Origin: Planctomycetota bacterium
Lineage (GTDB): Bacteria > Planctomycetota > UBA8108 > UBA1146 > JAJFFE01
Length of the DNA: 64,000 bases
Direction of reading: 5' to 3'
NCBI GenBank assembly: GCA_046154185.1
Contig: JBJXGE010000032.1
Coordinates: forward strand, 139,163-203,162
Shown: piece after piece, positions 1-10,354 of the stretch
Numbering within the stretch: the first letter of the stretch is position 1
Layout of the letters: each line of letters opens with the position of its first letter
Notes under the pieces: model-generated
Database searches by the model: none
The model's input: only the letters and a program-made list of their open reading frames with translations
Told to the model about the DNA's origin: nothing
Translations under genes and position numbers: made by a program

Positions 1-341
1 GTGGAACATCGCCGTGTTGGTTCTCGTCGATGGCAAGTGGCGCTCGTCTATTGTTCGTTCGGTGTATCTGCCGTAGGGCCCGCGTGCCGCGGGTCCGGCT
101 AGATCGTCTGATTCGTTGACGATGGGTTCGGCGTGGAACGACTCTAGGTTCCCACGTTTTCCTTTTCTTACTCTTCATAGACTGAGGTCTCGACGCGACT
201 TTGCTCACAAGTCCGCCGGCCGCGAGCACGCAGGTCCTGAGTTTGCCTATCTCCTGCGCGTCTCGTTGGACTGTTCATGCCGCTGCGGCGCTGGTTCACC
301 ACACACGATGTTGTGATTCGGTTACACACTGACTGCCGAAT

Positions 342-357
342 GTATCCCGACGGATAC
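342..357. promoter_or_regulatory. Perfect inverted repeat GTATCC-cgac-GGATAC in the 578-nt non-coding leader upstream of rpoD; possible operator
   Basis: Palindrome read directly at 342-357. The half-site gtatccc recurs about 20 nt downstream. No ORF in the region. Confidence 0.2.
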
Positions 358-578
358 ACGCGACTCTCAGTATCCCGCCTCGGTTCATGAGCTTAGCTGT
401 TTCAACAAAGCCGTTTAAGGCGGCACTCACCGGACGAACCCCATTGGCGCTTGGTTTGCACCTCCCGAATGCGTTTCTGTCCCGTCCCCGGACCGCTTTG
501 ATCCGGTCAGGACTTCGGGTTGAGAGTGCAGAGCTACGCGCCGCTTCGAGTTGAGCAACGAGTGCAAAGAAGGCAGGC

Positions 579-2249
579 GTGATGAGCTTTGAGGAGGCAG
601 CCGAAGTGATACCTGAGCTTCGCAACGAGTCGGATCGGCTACGCAGTCACTTGGAACTCGTACGCGCCGTCGTGCGTGGTGCTGCTACGCCCCGTGCAAA
701 CGCGCACGCACGCGGGGCAGGAACCGCCGAGCGCAACGGCGGCTTCGGAGCCCGAACCAAAGAAGGCGCCGACGAACCGAGCGATGAAGGCGCCAGCTTC
801 GAAGAGCGGGAGCCAAAAGACGAGGAACTCGACGCCGTCCACGAAAACACCTACGGGGCACTGACAGCGCGCGAAGCCGATGATCTGGCATTTCGTTCGC
901 TCGACGATCCCGTTCGTATGTACTTCGCGCAAATGGCGGCGATCCCGCTCCTCACGCGCGAAGAAGAGATTCGGTATGCGCGTGAGATCGAAGAATCGCG
1001 GCAGAAACTCAAACGCTTGATTTTTCAGACGGCGCTTGGTCAAGAGCGCGCGGTGCTGCTGCTCGAACAAATCGACGACCATTCGCAGCTCGTCGAGAAA
1101 TCGCTCGACCTGAATCTGTCGCGCAAAGGCGATCGCAGCCAATTTTACGATCGCATCCGACGCGAGATTCCGCTGCTGCGCCGCAGCCTCAGCGAGAATC
1201 GCAAGGACTTCGCCGCACTCCAAGCTCTCGAACCACAGCAGGTGCTCGAGCGCCAAAAAATCGATCGTCGACTTGCCCGCCGCATCAACCGCGTCGTGCG
1301 GCTGTTGGAAGCCTGCGACATCAAGATGAAGTTCCTGACCCGATGGCAATCCGAGATCAACAAGCTCGGTCGCCATTTGGAATCCGAACTGCCGAAGATG
1401 CAGGCAAAGAACCGCATGTCGTCGGCGCCGCAGCACGAAGAGATCAACGGCGCGACGCTCGAGAGCTACGCGGGTTTCATCGAGCGCGCACGCGAGATCG
1501 GTCGTCAGTTTCTGCGGTACGAAGTCGCAAAAGGCAAACTTTCGTCAGGCAACTTGCGGCTGGTTGTCAGCGTCGCAAAGAAGTACCGCGGCCGCGGCTT
1601 GTCGTTCTTGGATTTGATCCAAGAGGGCAACACGGGCCTCATGCGCGCTTGCGAGAAATACGAGCATCGCAAGGGCTACAAATTCAGCACGTACGCGACT
1701 TGGTGGATTCGGCAGGCGATCTCGCGCGCGATTGCGGAGAAATCTCGCATGGTGCGCTTACCGGTTTACATGTCGGAAACAATGGCGCGCCTCAACGCAT
1801 TCACGCGCGATTTCATGCAGCGCACGGGCAACAAACCGGATCTGCACCTCATCGCCGAAGAATTGGAAATGCCGGAGATCGAGATCCACAAGATCATTCG
1901 AATGTCACGGGTGCCGCTCTCGCTCAGCAACCCGATGGGACAAGACGAGGATTCGTCGTTCGGTGACTTCCTCGCCGACCTGGCGGTTGAGTCGCCGGAC
2001 ACGCCGCTCACGAGCGCGGCGCTCCGGGATCGGTTGCGATCGACACTCGAGTCCCTCAGCATGCGCGAACGCGAAGTGATCAAGATGCGCTTCGGGATCG
2101 ACCGCGACTCGACGTACACGCTTGAGGAGCTCGGCAAGAAGTTCAAAGTCACCCGCGAGCGCATTCGTCAGATCGAGATTCGCGCCCTGAAAAAACTGAA
2201 ACATCCGATCCGTGCGCGCAGCCTCGAAGGGTTTCTTGACGAAGTGTAA
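579..2249 (+). CDS. rpoD: RNA polymerase primary sigma factor (sigma-70 family, group 1-like). Start codon uncertain, so the acidic N-terminal extension may be shorter.
   Basis: Region 2 motif [21 protein letters not shown], region 4 motif [29 protein letters not shown], and the long acidic region-1-like N-terminus. Confidence 0.9.
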   Translation: MMSFEEAAEVIPELRNESDRLRSHLELVRAVVRGAATPRANAHARGAGTAERNGGFGARTKEGADEPSDEGASFEEREPKDEELDAVHENTYGALTAREADDLAFRSLDDPVRMYFAQMAAIPLLTREEEIRYAREIEESRQKLKRLIFQTALGQERAVLLLEQIDDHSQLVEKSLDLNLSRKGDRSQFYDRIRREIPLLRRSLSENRKDFAALQALEPQQVLERQKIDRRLARRINRVVRLLEACDIKMKFLTRWQSEINKLGRHLESELPKMQAKNRMSSAPQHEEINGATLESYAGFIERAREIGRQFLRYEVAKGKLSSGNLRLVVSVAKKYRGRGLSFLDLIQEGNTGLMRACEKYEHRKGYKFSTYATWWIRQAISRAIAEKSRMVRLPVYMSETMARLNAFTRDFMQRTGNKPDLHLIAEELEMPEIEIHKIIRMSRVPLSLSNPMGQDEDSSFGDFLADLAVESPDTPLTSAALRDRLRSTLESLSMREREVIKMRFGIDRDSTYTLEELGKKFKVTRERIRQIEIRALKKLKHPIRARSLEGFLDEV

Positions 2250-2425
2250 GCGCGCGGAGCAAAGAATGAGTTGAACGAAAGCAAACTACACTCTCCTCCT
2301 TGTGCGTGGCCGGGGTATGCCCCCTTCGCCGGGTGATTCACTGCGACCTGACATCGACAGCTTGGAGTCGAATCACACGTCGAAGAACCTCGGCCACGCA
2401 AGTTTTGATACATGAGTCGTCGTCA

Positions 2426-2467
2426 GGAGCCTCTCTCACCCCCCCCGAGAGGGGCTCCTCTTTTTTT
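2426..2467 (+). terminator. Rho-independent terminator downstream of rpoD
   Basis: ggagcctctctc / gagaggggctcc 12-bp stem with one mismatch and a C-rich loop, followed by TTTTTTT at 2461-2467. Confidence 0.6.
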
Positions 2468-2535
2468 AGGGGATGCGGCGCACGGGCCGTTTTTCTTTGT
2501 GGTGCTGTCCGCAGCACCGCAAGAAACAACGGCCG

Positions 2536-3141
2536 CTAGAAACCAACCGCGCGATGCGAAGTTGGCTCGAATTGAGCGAGCTGCGCCAACTGGAATTGCG
2601 TCGTGACGCAAAGGTGCCCGTTCACGTAGGCCTGACCGGAAACACGGCGTTCAGCCGAGACGTCCCCGGTCGCGACAACGTGCGGGATTGTGTCGAGCAG
2701 TTGCACGCTGAGCACGAGCTGCCCCACTTCCGTGATCTCGCGCGCCACGTCGAAGCTCTCCACACTCGCGAGCAACCACTGCCGTAGTCGAGGGCGCCGA
2801 GCAATCGGCTGCGCCGCGCTTTCATAGTCGAGCACGACCCCAGCGAGTTGCGCCAATGCCTCGAGCGCAAACGTCGACGGAAATACGAAACCGTGGCGGC
2901 GCTTGGCTAGCCCGCTCTCGTTGCCGGTCAGTGACTTAATCCCGACGCCGCTCTGCCCGGGAATCAACGTGAGCACACGATCGAGCAAGAGTTGCGGCTT
3001 GCGATGCGAGAGTATCCCTTGAATTTCTTCGTTCTCGAGTTGCAGCGCACCGCCGTGTAATGCACGCCGCAACGCGTCGACGCCGTTTGTCGACGGCTCC
3101 GACGGATGACCTCCGGTCTCGACGCTTGGCAATGAAATCAA
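2536..3141 (-). CDS. FabZ-like hot-dog fold dehydratase (divergent; the N-terminal ~40 aa may not be translated)
   Basis: HRKPQLLLDRVLTLIPGQSGVGIKSLTGNE ... FALEALAQLAGVVL matches the FabZ pattern (PHRYPFLLVDRV...GIK.VT.NE ... LEA.AQ), but the canonical GHFP motif is replaced. Confidence 0.5.
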   Translation of the reverse strand: MISLPSVETGGHPSEPSTNGVDALRRALHGGALQLENEEIQGILSHRKPQLLLDRVLTLIPGQSGVGIKSLTGNESGLAKRRHGFVFPSTFALEALAQLAGVVLDYESAAQPIARRPRLRQWLLASVESFDVAREITEVGQLVLSVQLLDTIPHVVATGDVSAERRVSGQAYVNGHLCVTTQFQLAQLAQFEPTSHRAVGF

Positions 3142-3150
3142 TGACGCCTC

Positions 3151-4596
3151 TTACTTCTGCGTACGCGCTGGCGGCCAACAAAACTTGGCATCCGCGATCG
3201 GAATGACGAAGCTGATGTCCTGGACGGAGCGCCCGGTCGTCTGATCGACATACACGCCCCGCGCGATGCCGATGATGCGACCCGCTCGATTCAAAACGGG
3301 TCCGCCGCTACCGCCCGGATGAAGTCGAGCGCTCGTCTCGATGAACCCCGTCACTTTGCGACTCACCACGCCCTCGGAAACGGCGGCGCGCACGCGGTCA
3401 TCCTCTTGCGGAACTTCGCGACCGTAGCGAAACCCGATGAGAAAAACCGGGTCGCCGTCGCTCGGTAACGGCTCGTTGAGCTGAAAGTCCACCACATGCG
3501 GCATGCGCGCGAATGGTTTGATTCGCAACAAAGCGAGATCCGGTTCACCCGAAACGCCCTCGCGCACAATCTCAGCGCTATATTCACCGGCCGCGCCGGA
3601 AAATGAAATCACGACTTCGCGTTGTGCTACGGCCTCCACTCCTTCGAGTGCCGGAAGTGCGAGTACGTGTGTATTCGTCAGTATCCAGCCCTCCTCCGAA
3701 ACGCAGAAGCCGGAACCACTATTGGATTGCTCCACGACGCGCCCGCGCTGCTCATAGTTGTAATCCGACGCCCCCTGAACATAGAGCTTGGCACTGTTCT
3801 GGGGATGGCGATACGTTGCGACGCACTCAACGAGCACCACGGCGGCGAGCACCGCTTGCATCGGCGAATCGGCCTGCGGACTCTGTCCAACAGTCGACGG
3901 CGGGATCTTGCCGAGTGGGGGCGCATACTCGGCGAGTCGGCGTTGGTGATCGGTCAGTTCGCGCTTCAACCGGTCTATCTCGGCGACCGACGTGCTACCT
4001 CGCGCTTCAATCGCTGCGAGCTGCGCCGCCAACTTGTCGCATTGCAATTCGAGTCGCCGCCGACTTTCTACGTCTTCGTCGTGTTTTCGCACCCAGTAAT
4101 TGCCGCCGAAAAAGAGTCCGAGCACGAGCGTCGCGACGACTCCGATCACCCACCAAGCCATCGACGGCGAGGCGCGGCGCGGCGCGGCGGCGGGCGAAAC
4201 GGTGAACTCTGGCTCGCGCGGCGCGAGCGTCGCCATCTCCAGGACCGTCGACTTCAGTCGCGCTTCGGCGCCCGCGCTGCGATCGACCACGAGAAAACGC
4301 GGACCAAAGCTGCCCAGTTGAATCAACTGTCCTGGCAACAGGTTGCTCAACGAACTCGCCGGCTTGCCGTTGATCAAAGTGCCGTTTTTTGAGCCAAGGT
4401 CTTCGATAACCAGGCCGCCGTCCGCTAGCCGGACGCGCGCGTGAAACGATGAAACGTGCGGGAACTCGATGCCGGAGATGACCACGCCGTTATCCGGGCT
4501 GCGGCCGATCGTCACACCGAGTTCGGTGACGTCGATCGCTCCCAGGCCGGGAACATTCAGCGGCTGAAGTTGCAGAGCCTTCGTTGCCGATGCCAT
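3151..4596 (-). CDS. FHA-domain / transmembrane / coiled-coil / trypsin-like (S1C, DegP-type) serine protease fusion protein
   Basis: N-terminal FHA signature (TIGRSPDNGVVI...HARV...LVIEDLGSKNGTLINGK). Hydrophobic segment WWVIGVVATLVLGLFFGG. C-terminal protease motifs GSGFCVSEEGWILTNTHV, DLALLRI, GGSGGPVLN. Start placed at the in-frame ATG 4594-4596; TTG/ATG at 4665/4662 are alternatives. Confidence 0.75.
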   Translation of the reverse strand: MASATKALQLQPLNVPGLGAIDVTELGVTIGRSPDNGVVISGIEFPHVSSFHARVRLADGGLVIEDLGSKNGTLINGKPASSLSNLLPGQLIQLGSFGPRFLVVDRSAGAEARLKSTVLEMATLAPREPEFTVSPAAAPRRASPSMAWWVIGVVATLVLGLFFGGNYWVRKHDEDVESRRRLELQCDKLAAQLAAIEARGSTSVAEIDRLKRELTDHQRRLAEYAPPLGKIPPSTVGQSPQADSPMQAVLAAVVLVECVATYRHPQNSAKLYVQGASDYNYEQRGRVVEQSNSGSGFCVSEEGWILTNTHVLALPALEGVEAVAQREVVISFSGAAGEYSAEIVREGVSGEPDLALLRIKPFARMPHVVDFQLNEPLPSDGDPVFLIGFRYGREVPQEDDRVRAAVSEGVVSRKVTGFIETSARLHPGGSGGPVLNRAGRIIGIARGVYVDQTTGRSVQDISFVIPIADAKFCWPPARTQK

Positions 4597-4809
4597 TGAC
4601 CCAAGGATATTCGAGTTACTTAAGTTCGGCCAGCCCCCGGGAAACCTCGCCCCGAGTCGCATCAATCGGTAGAAAGAACTTCGCGCCCGGTGCGTGCGCG
4701 AAAAAACTCAGAATGCCGATTGACAGTCGTCCGCGATCCGACGGATGCTCACTGAGTCGCGACGCCGACCACCGGTTACGTAAGCCGCTCGTACCAATCG
4801 AGGCCATTC

Positions 4810-6453
4810 ATGACCCGCGAAACACTGCCCGTAGACATCCTGTTTGTCGGCGCCGGTCCGGCAAATCTTGCCGCCGCGTATCACCTCGCCCGTTCGCTCA
4901 AAGAGCGCGGTGGCGCGGCGGAAGTTTCGATTGCCGTCATCGAAAAGGGTCAAACGGTTGGCGCGCACATTCTGTCGGGCGCGATCATCGATCCGCGCGC
5001 GCTGAACGAGTTATTTCCGGCGGGCTTCGAGTCGGCGGGCTGTCCCGTGGAAGCGAAGGTCGCCCAAGAAGCGGTTTATCACTTTACCGCGAGCCGCGCA
5101 CTGCGCAGTCCGTTGATTCCACCGCCCCTCAAGAATCACGGCAATTACATCGTGACACTTTCGGAAGTCGTTGCCTGGCTCAAGGCGAAAGTCGAAGAGC
5201 TCGACGTGATGGTGTTCGAAGGATTCCCCGGCAACGAGTTCCTGTGGGAAGACGGCAAAATCTGCGGCGTTCGGACGATGGACAAAGGACTCGATCGCGA
5301 CGGCAAACCGGGGCCGGCCTATGAAGCCGGCGCAGACATCACCGCGCGCTGTGTCGTGCTCGGCGAGGGATGCCGAGGTTCACTCACAAAGCAACTGGTC
5401 GCGAAGCTCGGTCTCGATGGCGAAAACCCGCAGGTCTATGGCACCGGCTGCAAGGAAGTCTGGCGTTTGCCGCCTGGACGGTTTCCGGCCGGCAAAGTCG
5501 TGCACACGGCCGGTTGGCCGCTGCGCAATTCGCAGTACGGCGGCTCGTGGATCTACGGACTCGCGGGCGATCGCGTGTCGATCGGCTTCGTCACGGCACT
5601 CGACGGCGGCGATCCGTGGCTCGATCCCTGGGAGACGTTTCAACGTTGGAAGAGTCATCGCTTCGTGCGCGAACTCCTCGCGGGCGGCGAACTCCTCAAG
5701 GCCGGTGCGAAGACCGTGCCCGAGGGCGGCTATTGGTCACGCCCCAAAAGCTACGGCGATCACTTTCTCATCGTGGGCGACGGCGCGTCGCTCCTCAACA
5801 TCAGCCGACTCAAGGGCGTGCACACCGCGATGAAGAGCGGCCTACTCGCCGCCGAGACTTTGCTCGATGCGATCGCGGCGGACGATTTTTCGGCGGCAAA
5901 ACTCGCCGACTACGAGCGCCGATTTCAGGAGAGTTGGCTGCGCACCGAGCTCTACAAAGTGCGGAATTTTCGCCAAGAGTTTAAGTCGGGATTCTTCCTC
6001 GGCGCCGCGAAGGCCGGCATCAAGTACTTGTTCGGCGGCGCCGGCAAGGCGCGCATCCCCATCGAAGCCGACTACCATGAAATGAAGAAGCGCGACCGTG
6101 CTGCGCCGCGTCCCGCGCCGCTCAACTTCGACGGCAAGTATCTGCTCGACAAAGTCACGCACGTCTTTCACGCCGGGGCCATGCACGGTGAGCACCAGCC
6201 GTCGCACTTAAAAGTCGCGGACCTCGATATCTGCCGGACCCGCTGCGCGGAAGAATACGGCAATCCCTGCCAAAACTTTTGCCCAGCGAACGTGTACGAG
6301 ATGGTCGACGACGCGGAGCGCGGCGGCAAGCGCCTCCACATCAATCACTCGAATTGCGTGCACTGTAAGACCTGCGACATCTTAGATCCTTACGCGATCA
6401 TCACATGGACCGTGCCGAGCGACGCGGGCGGACCGAAGTATCAGGGGCTGTAA
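4810..6453 (+). CDS. Electron-transfer flavoprotein:ubiquinone oxidoreductase (ETF-QO / FixC-like)
   Basis: FAD dinucleotide fold VDILFVGAGPANLAAAY and a C-terminal 4Fe-4S ferredoxin-like CPANVYE...HINHSNCVHCKTCD, typical of ETF-QO. Confidence 0.9.
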   Translation: MTRETLPVDILFVGAGPANLAAAYHLARSLKERGGAAEVSIAVIEKGQTVGAHILSGAIIDPRALNELFPAGFESAGCPVEAKVAQEAVYHFTASRALRSPLIPPPLKNHGNYIVTLSEVVAWLKAKVEELDVMVFEGFPGNEFLWEDGKICGVRTMDKGLDRDGKPGPAYEAGADITARCVVLGEGCRGSLTKQLVAKLGLDGENPQVYGTGCKEVWRLPPGRFPAGKVVHTAGWPLRNSQYGGSWIYGLAGDRVSIGFVTALDGGDPWLDPWETFQRWKSHRFVRELLAGGELLKAGAKTVPEGGYWSRPKSYGDHFLIVGDGASLLNISRLKGVHTAMKSGLLAAETLLDAIAADDFSAAKLADYERRFQESWLRTELYKVRNFRQEFKSGFFLGAAKAGIKYLFGGAGKARIPIEADYHEMKKRDRAAPRPAPLNFDGKYLLDKVTHVFHAGAMHGEHQPSHLKVADLDICRTRCAEEYGNPCQNFCPANVYEMVDDAERGGKRLHINHSNCVHCKTCDILDPYAIITWTVPSDAGGPKYQGL

Positions 6454-6477
6454 TCCCGTCGTCGCCAGAGACGCGCA

Positions 6478-7806
6478 TTAACGCTCGAAGTAAAAGCGAT
6501 GCAGCGCCGTGACGACCGGAACGACGCGCTCTTCCGGCATCAGCAGCGAGAGGTTCGTGCCCGTGGCGCCGTAGCTGATCATCTCGATGGCGCCGCCGAT
6601 TTCCGCGATCGTGTGCAAGACTTCGCCGAAGACCTTTTGGTTTTCGGCGAGTCGCCCGCCGACGATGCTCACTTGTCCGCGACGATCGTTGACCTCGACC
6701 GACAAGAACGTCCGCAACTCTTCGATCGAGGGCTGGAGTCGCGCCATGCTTTCCTCCGTTGTCAACGACACGGAGACTTCGCTCGTCGAAATCATGTCGA
6801 TCGAAACGGCGTGGCGATCGAACACACTCGCAATGCGCGCGATGAAACCGTGCCGCGCCACCATGCGCGGACTGATGATCGTGACGACGCGCACGCCGAG
6901 CTTGTGAGCGATCGCGCGGATGCGATGCGGCGGTGTCTCGTCGCCCGGAACATCGCCCAGAATATATGTCCCGGGTCGGTCAGGCGCTTTGCTGTTGAGG
7001 ACGCGCACCGGGATGTTGCCTTCGAGTGCCGGCGTGATCGTTTGCGGATGCAAAACCTTGGCGCCGGAAAATGCCAGCTCGCTCGCTTCGCGAAACGACA
7101 TGCGCTCGATGAGCCGCGCGCGCGGAATGATCCGCGGATCGGCGGTCAGAATTCCATCGACGTCGGTCCATATCTGCAACTCTTCGGCATTCACGGCGCG
7201 CGCAAAGATGCTCGCCGAGTAGTCGCTGCCGCCGCGCCCGAGCGTCGTGGCCTCGCCCGTCGCCGTGCGCCCGGCGAAACCCGTGACCACCGCCAAGTGC
7301 TCGTCCGTCTCGGCGAGCGTCGCGGGAATGCGTTGATAGGTTTCCGCGACCGGTCGCGCGCGACCGAAGCGATCGTCGGTCACGAGCCCGAGATCGCCAG
7401 CATGCCACGCGCGCGCGACGACACCGTTGCCGCTCAAATGCGCGGCGAAGATCGGCGCGAGCAACAGCTCACCAGACGCGACAAACAAATCCGAAATGCG
7501 CGGCGTGACTTCCCGCAGCAATTCGATGCCGTGACAGAGATCGTGCAGCTCTTGAAAGCGCGCATCGAGCAAGTTCGTGGCGAGACCGAGGTCCGCCAAG
7601 ATCGCACGGTGCCGAGCGACGAGGAGCTTGAGACCCGCGTGCCACTCGCCGCGCGGCGCGGCTTCGAGGAGGCGCAGCAGCGCATCCGTGACACCGGACG
7701 CCGCCGAAACGACGACGAGCGGTCGACGCGGCAGCACGCGCAACACAATGGCGGCAGCCGCGCGGATCGCCGCCGCGCTCTCGACCGACGTTCCGCCGAA
7801 CTTCAT
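6478..7806 (-). CDS. lysC: Aspartate kinase (monofunctional, with C-terminal ACT domains)
   Basis: MKFGGTSV N-terminus, kinase core, and paired ACT regulatory region. Start set at the MKFGG Met; the ORF extends further upstream. Confidence 0.9.
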   Translation of the reverse strand: MKFGGTSVESAAAIRAAAAIVLRVLPRRPLVVVSAASGVTDALLRLLEAAPRGEWHAGLKLLVARHRAILADLGLATNLLDARFQELHDLCHGIELLREVTPRISDLFVASGELLLAPIFAAHLSGNGVVARAWHAGDLGLVTDDRFGRARPVAETYQRIPATLAETDEHLAVVTGFAGRTATGEATTLGRGGSDYSASIFARAVNAEELQIWTDVDGILTADPRIIPRARLIERMSFREASELAFSGAKVLHPQTITPALEGNIPVRVLNSKAPDRPGTYILGDVPGDETPPHRIRAIAHKLGVRVVTIISPRMVARHGFIARIASVFDRHAVSIDMISTSEVSVSLTTEESMARLQPSIEELRTFLSVEVNDRRGQVSIVGGRLAENQKVFGEVLHTIAEIGGAIEMISYGATGTNLSLLMPEERVVPVVTALHRFYFER

Positions 7807-7984
7807 CACAATCCCGGGCAGTTGCATGCGCAGCGTCCTTACGTCATGACGAGGGTCGCGAATACGTCTTTCGACGCGTAAAGCGGGCCCCTCTATACCG
7901 TGCATGCGGCGCCTTGACCAGTGTCATTCGTGTTCCTATCATCGCCACGGCTTTGCATGACCACCACTTAGCTGCCGGAGTTTC

Positions 7985-9244
7985 ATGTCCAACGTCCCGC
8001 CGAAAGCCGACTCGCCGCAGACCGCCGATCTGCGGCACGCGGATCTGATCTACGATTGGAACGTGGTCCGCGATTTCGAGCCGCCGGCGCGCGGGATCGA
8101 ATTCGATGACGAGACGCTGCGCGACGGATTGCAGTCGCCCTCGGTCACTGACCCGCCGATCGAGCGCAAAATCGAAATCCTCCATTTGATGGCGGCGGTC
8201 GGCATTCAATCCGTGAACGTCGGCCTTCCGGGCGCGGGACCGCGCGCGGTGCGCGACGTGACGCGGCTCGTCGAGGAGATTCGCGACCAACGGCTCCCGC
8301 TGCAACCCAACTGCGCGGCTCGCACCCACGATAACGATATTCTGCCGGTCGCGGAGATCTCGCAGCGGACGGGCGTCGCGATCGAAACGGCGACCTTCAT
8401 CGGCTCGAGCCCGATCCGCCAATACGCGGAAGACTGGACGCTCGAGCGCATGCTCGAGCACACGATCCATGCGAGTAAGCTCTGTCAGAAACACCAGCTG
8501 CCGCAGATGTATGTGACCGAAGACACGACGCGCGCGCATCCGAACACGTTGCGGCAGTTGTATCTGGCCGCGATCGAGCACGGCGCGCGCCGCATCGTCG
8601 TGTGCGACACCGTCGGTCACGCGACGCCGCTCGGCGTCCGCAATCTCATCCGCTTTATTCGCGAGCTCGTCGCCGAGAGTGGTGAAGACGTCAAGATCGA
8701 CTGGCATGGGCACCGCGACCGTGGCCTCGACTTGAGTAATGCGCTCGCGGCGATCGACGCGGGGGCGCATCGAATTCATGGCACGGCGCTCGGCGTCGGC
8801 GAACGCTGCGGCAACGCCGCGCTCGATCTTCTCCTCGTCAACTTGAAGCTGCTCGGCGCGATCACCAATGACCTGACGCGCTTACCCGATTACGTGCGCG
8901 CCGTGAGCGAATCCTTGCGCGTGCCCATTCCGCGCAACTATCCGGTGTTCGGCACCGACGCATTCGAGACCGCGACCGGCGTGCACGCCGCCGCCGTCAT
9001 CAAAGCTTTCAAGAAGAAAGACGTGTGGCTCGCCAATCGCGTTTATTCCGGCGTGCCCGCCGATGAATTCGGCCTCGAACAAAAAATCAGCATCGGGCCC
9101 ATGAGCGGCCGCTCCAATGTGATCTTCTGGCTCGAAAAGCGCGGACTCCGCGCGGACGAAGCCCTCGTGACGAAGATTTTCGACCGCGCCAAGCAGAGTG
9201 ACCGACTGCTCACGGATGCGGAGCTAAACGCGCTCGTGAAGTGA
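7985..9244 (+). CDS. 2-isopropylmalate/homocitrate/citramalate synthase family enzyme (HMGL-like DRE-TIM metallolyase; short form lacking the LeuA C-terminal regulatory domain)
   Basis: ETLRDGLQSP substrate-binding motif and a TIM-barrel metallolyase core of 419 aa. Lies in a leuB-containing neighbourhood. Confidence 0.7.
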   Translation: MSNVPPKADSPQTADLRHADLIYDWNVVRDFEPPARGIEFDDETLRDGLQSPSVTDPPIERKIEILHLMAAVGIQSVNVGLPGAGPRAVRDVTRLVEEIRDQRLPLQPNCAARTHDNDILPVAEISQRTGVAIETATFIGSSPIRQYAEDWTLERMLEHTIHASKLCQKHQLPQMYVTEDTTRAHPNTLRQLYLAAIEHGARRIVVCDTVGHATPLGVRNLIRFIRELVAESGEDVKIDWHGHRDRGLDLSNALAAIDAGAHRIHGTALGVGERCGNAALDLLLVNLKLLGAITNDLTRLPDYVRAVSESLRVPIPRNYPVFGTDAFETATGVHAAAVIKAFKKKDVWLANRVYSGVPADEFGLEQKISIGPMSGRSNVIFWLEKRGLRADEALVTKIFDRAKQSDRLLTDAELNALVK

Positions 9245-9267
9245 CAAACCTGCACGCGGTACTCACT

Positions 9268-9319
9268 GTGCGCCGCATGATATTGTCAGTTCGCGTGCAA
9301 GGCGCGCGCACTCTTTTTT
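9268..9319 (+). terminator. Hairpin plus T-run terminator between the convergent LeuA-family gene and ygfZ-like gene (possibly bidirectional)
   Basis: gcgtgc-aag-gcgcgc hairpin nested within a gtgcgc...gcgcac outer pairing, followed by ctctttttt (9312-9319). Confidence 0.45.
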
Positions 9320-9322
9320 GAG

Positions 9323-10318
9323 CTACATCGTGACCAGCGCCTCCAGCACACCGAGTTCTTCGGCCGCGACGACTCGCGCTCCTGGCGCGGCCTGCTTGTA
9401 TCGCACGTAGCCGAGTGCGACCGGTCTGCCATCCACAGGTGAGATTGCGGAGGAGGTGATGTGGCCGATCTCCGACGCGTCGTCGCCGGTCGCGCGGATG
9501 ACGGTCCCTGGCACGGGCGGCGCGCCGGTCTCAAAGCGGATGCGGCAGAGGATGCGGTTCACGTGACCATAGGTCTTGAGACGCGCGACAATTTCTTGTC
9601 CGACGTAGCACTTGTGATAGGTGAGAGTCCCCTCGTAGCCGGCTTCAGGGGGCAGGTTTTGATCCGTCGCATCGACACCGAAGCGCGGGAGGCCGGCTTC
9701 AATGCGGAGCGCGTCTGCCGCGTGGTCATCGATCGCAACAATGCCGGCGGCGGTGAGGCGAGCGCGGAGCGCCGCGATTTGCGCGCGCGCGACGAGCAGA
9801 TCGAAACCACCGCGCGGGCCGCGCGTGGTTCGCACGATCAGTAGCACCGAGGAATTCGCCGCGGGTTGCACGCACTGTCGCTCGAGGGCCGGCAACTCGT
9901 CGACTGCGACCGCATCGCCAAGCGCCGACGCGAGGGCGCGCGGCGCATCCGCACCTTGCACCGAAAGCCACGCAAGCTCGCCGCGCACGGATTCGATTGC
10001 CACATCTTCTCTTATCACGCGGCTCGCGAGCGCGTCGATAAGGACGGCTTCGGACGCGGACTCGACCGCGATCAGCAGCGTGCCGGCGCCGCACTTCGGC
10101 CACGCGGGATCGGACTCGAAGAGTGTGTAGACCGCGCGGAGCTTGCCCTTACTCGAAAGGAGCGCGCTCCACAGGCCGCGGTGCGGATTGAGTTGCTTGA
10201 GATCCGCGGATGCCATGCGCTCGAGATAACTGCGCGCATCCGCGCCGCTCACGAGCACCGTACCGATGGATTGATCGAGATCGATGAGCGCCGCGCTCTC
10301 GACGCCGACTGTTGTCAT
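9323..10318 (-). CDS. ygfZ: GcvT-like folate-binding protein YgfZ family (Fe-S cluster repair / tRNA modification associated)
   Basis: HKCYVGQE matches the conserved K-G-C-Y-x-G-QE YgfZ motif on an aminomethyltransferase-like fold. Confidence 0.7.
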   Translation of the reverse strand: MTTVGVESAALIDLDQSIGTVLVSGADARSYLERMASADLKQLNPHRGLWSALLSSKGKLRAVYTLFESDPAWPKCGAGTLLIAVESASEAVLIDALASRVIREDVAIESVRGELAWLSVQGADAPRALASALGDAVAVDELPALERQCVQPAANSSVLLIVRTTRGPRGGFDLLVARAQIAALRARLTAAGIVAIDDHAADALRIEAGLPRFGVDATDQNLPPEAGYEGTLTYHKCYVGQEIVARLKTYGHVNRILCRIRFETGAPPVPGTVIRATGDDASEIGHITSSAISPVDGRPVALGYVRYKQAAPGARVVAAEELGVLEALVTM

Positions 10319-10354
10319 ACTCGCTTCGCCGTGCTCTCGCGCATCGACGGACGC

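Noticed and set aside
1-578. RNase P RNA, tmRNA or SRP RNA in the rpoD upstream region
   Set aside because: Conserved blocks (GGAAAGUCCGGGC, ACAGAACCCGGCUUA, tmRNA tag frame and T-arm, SRP GGAA tetraloop helix) were looked for by eye on both strands and not found.
639-1436. 265-aa minus-strand ORF inside rpoD
   Set aside because: Antisense shadow ORF. The rpoD frame carries the sigma-70 motifs.
6499-7881. 460-aa plus-strand ORF antisense to aspartate kinase
   Set aside because: High-GC antisense artefact with an Arg/Asp-rich low-complexity translation. The minus-strand gene has clear aspartokinase motifs.
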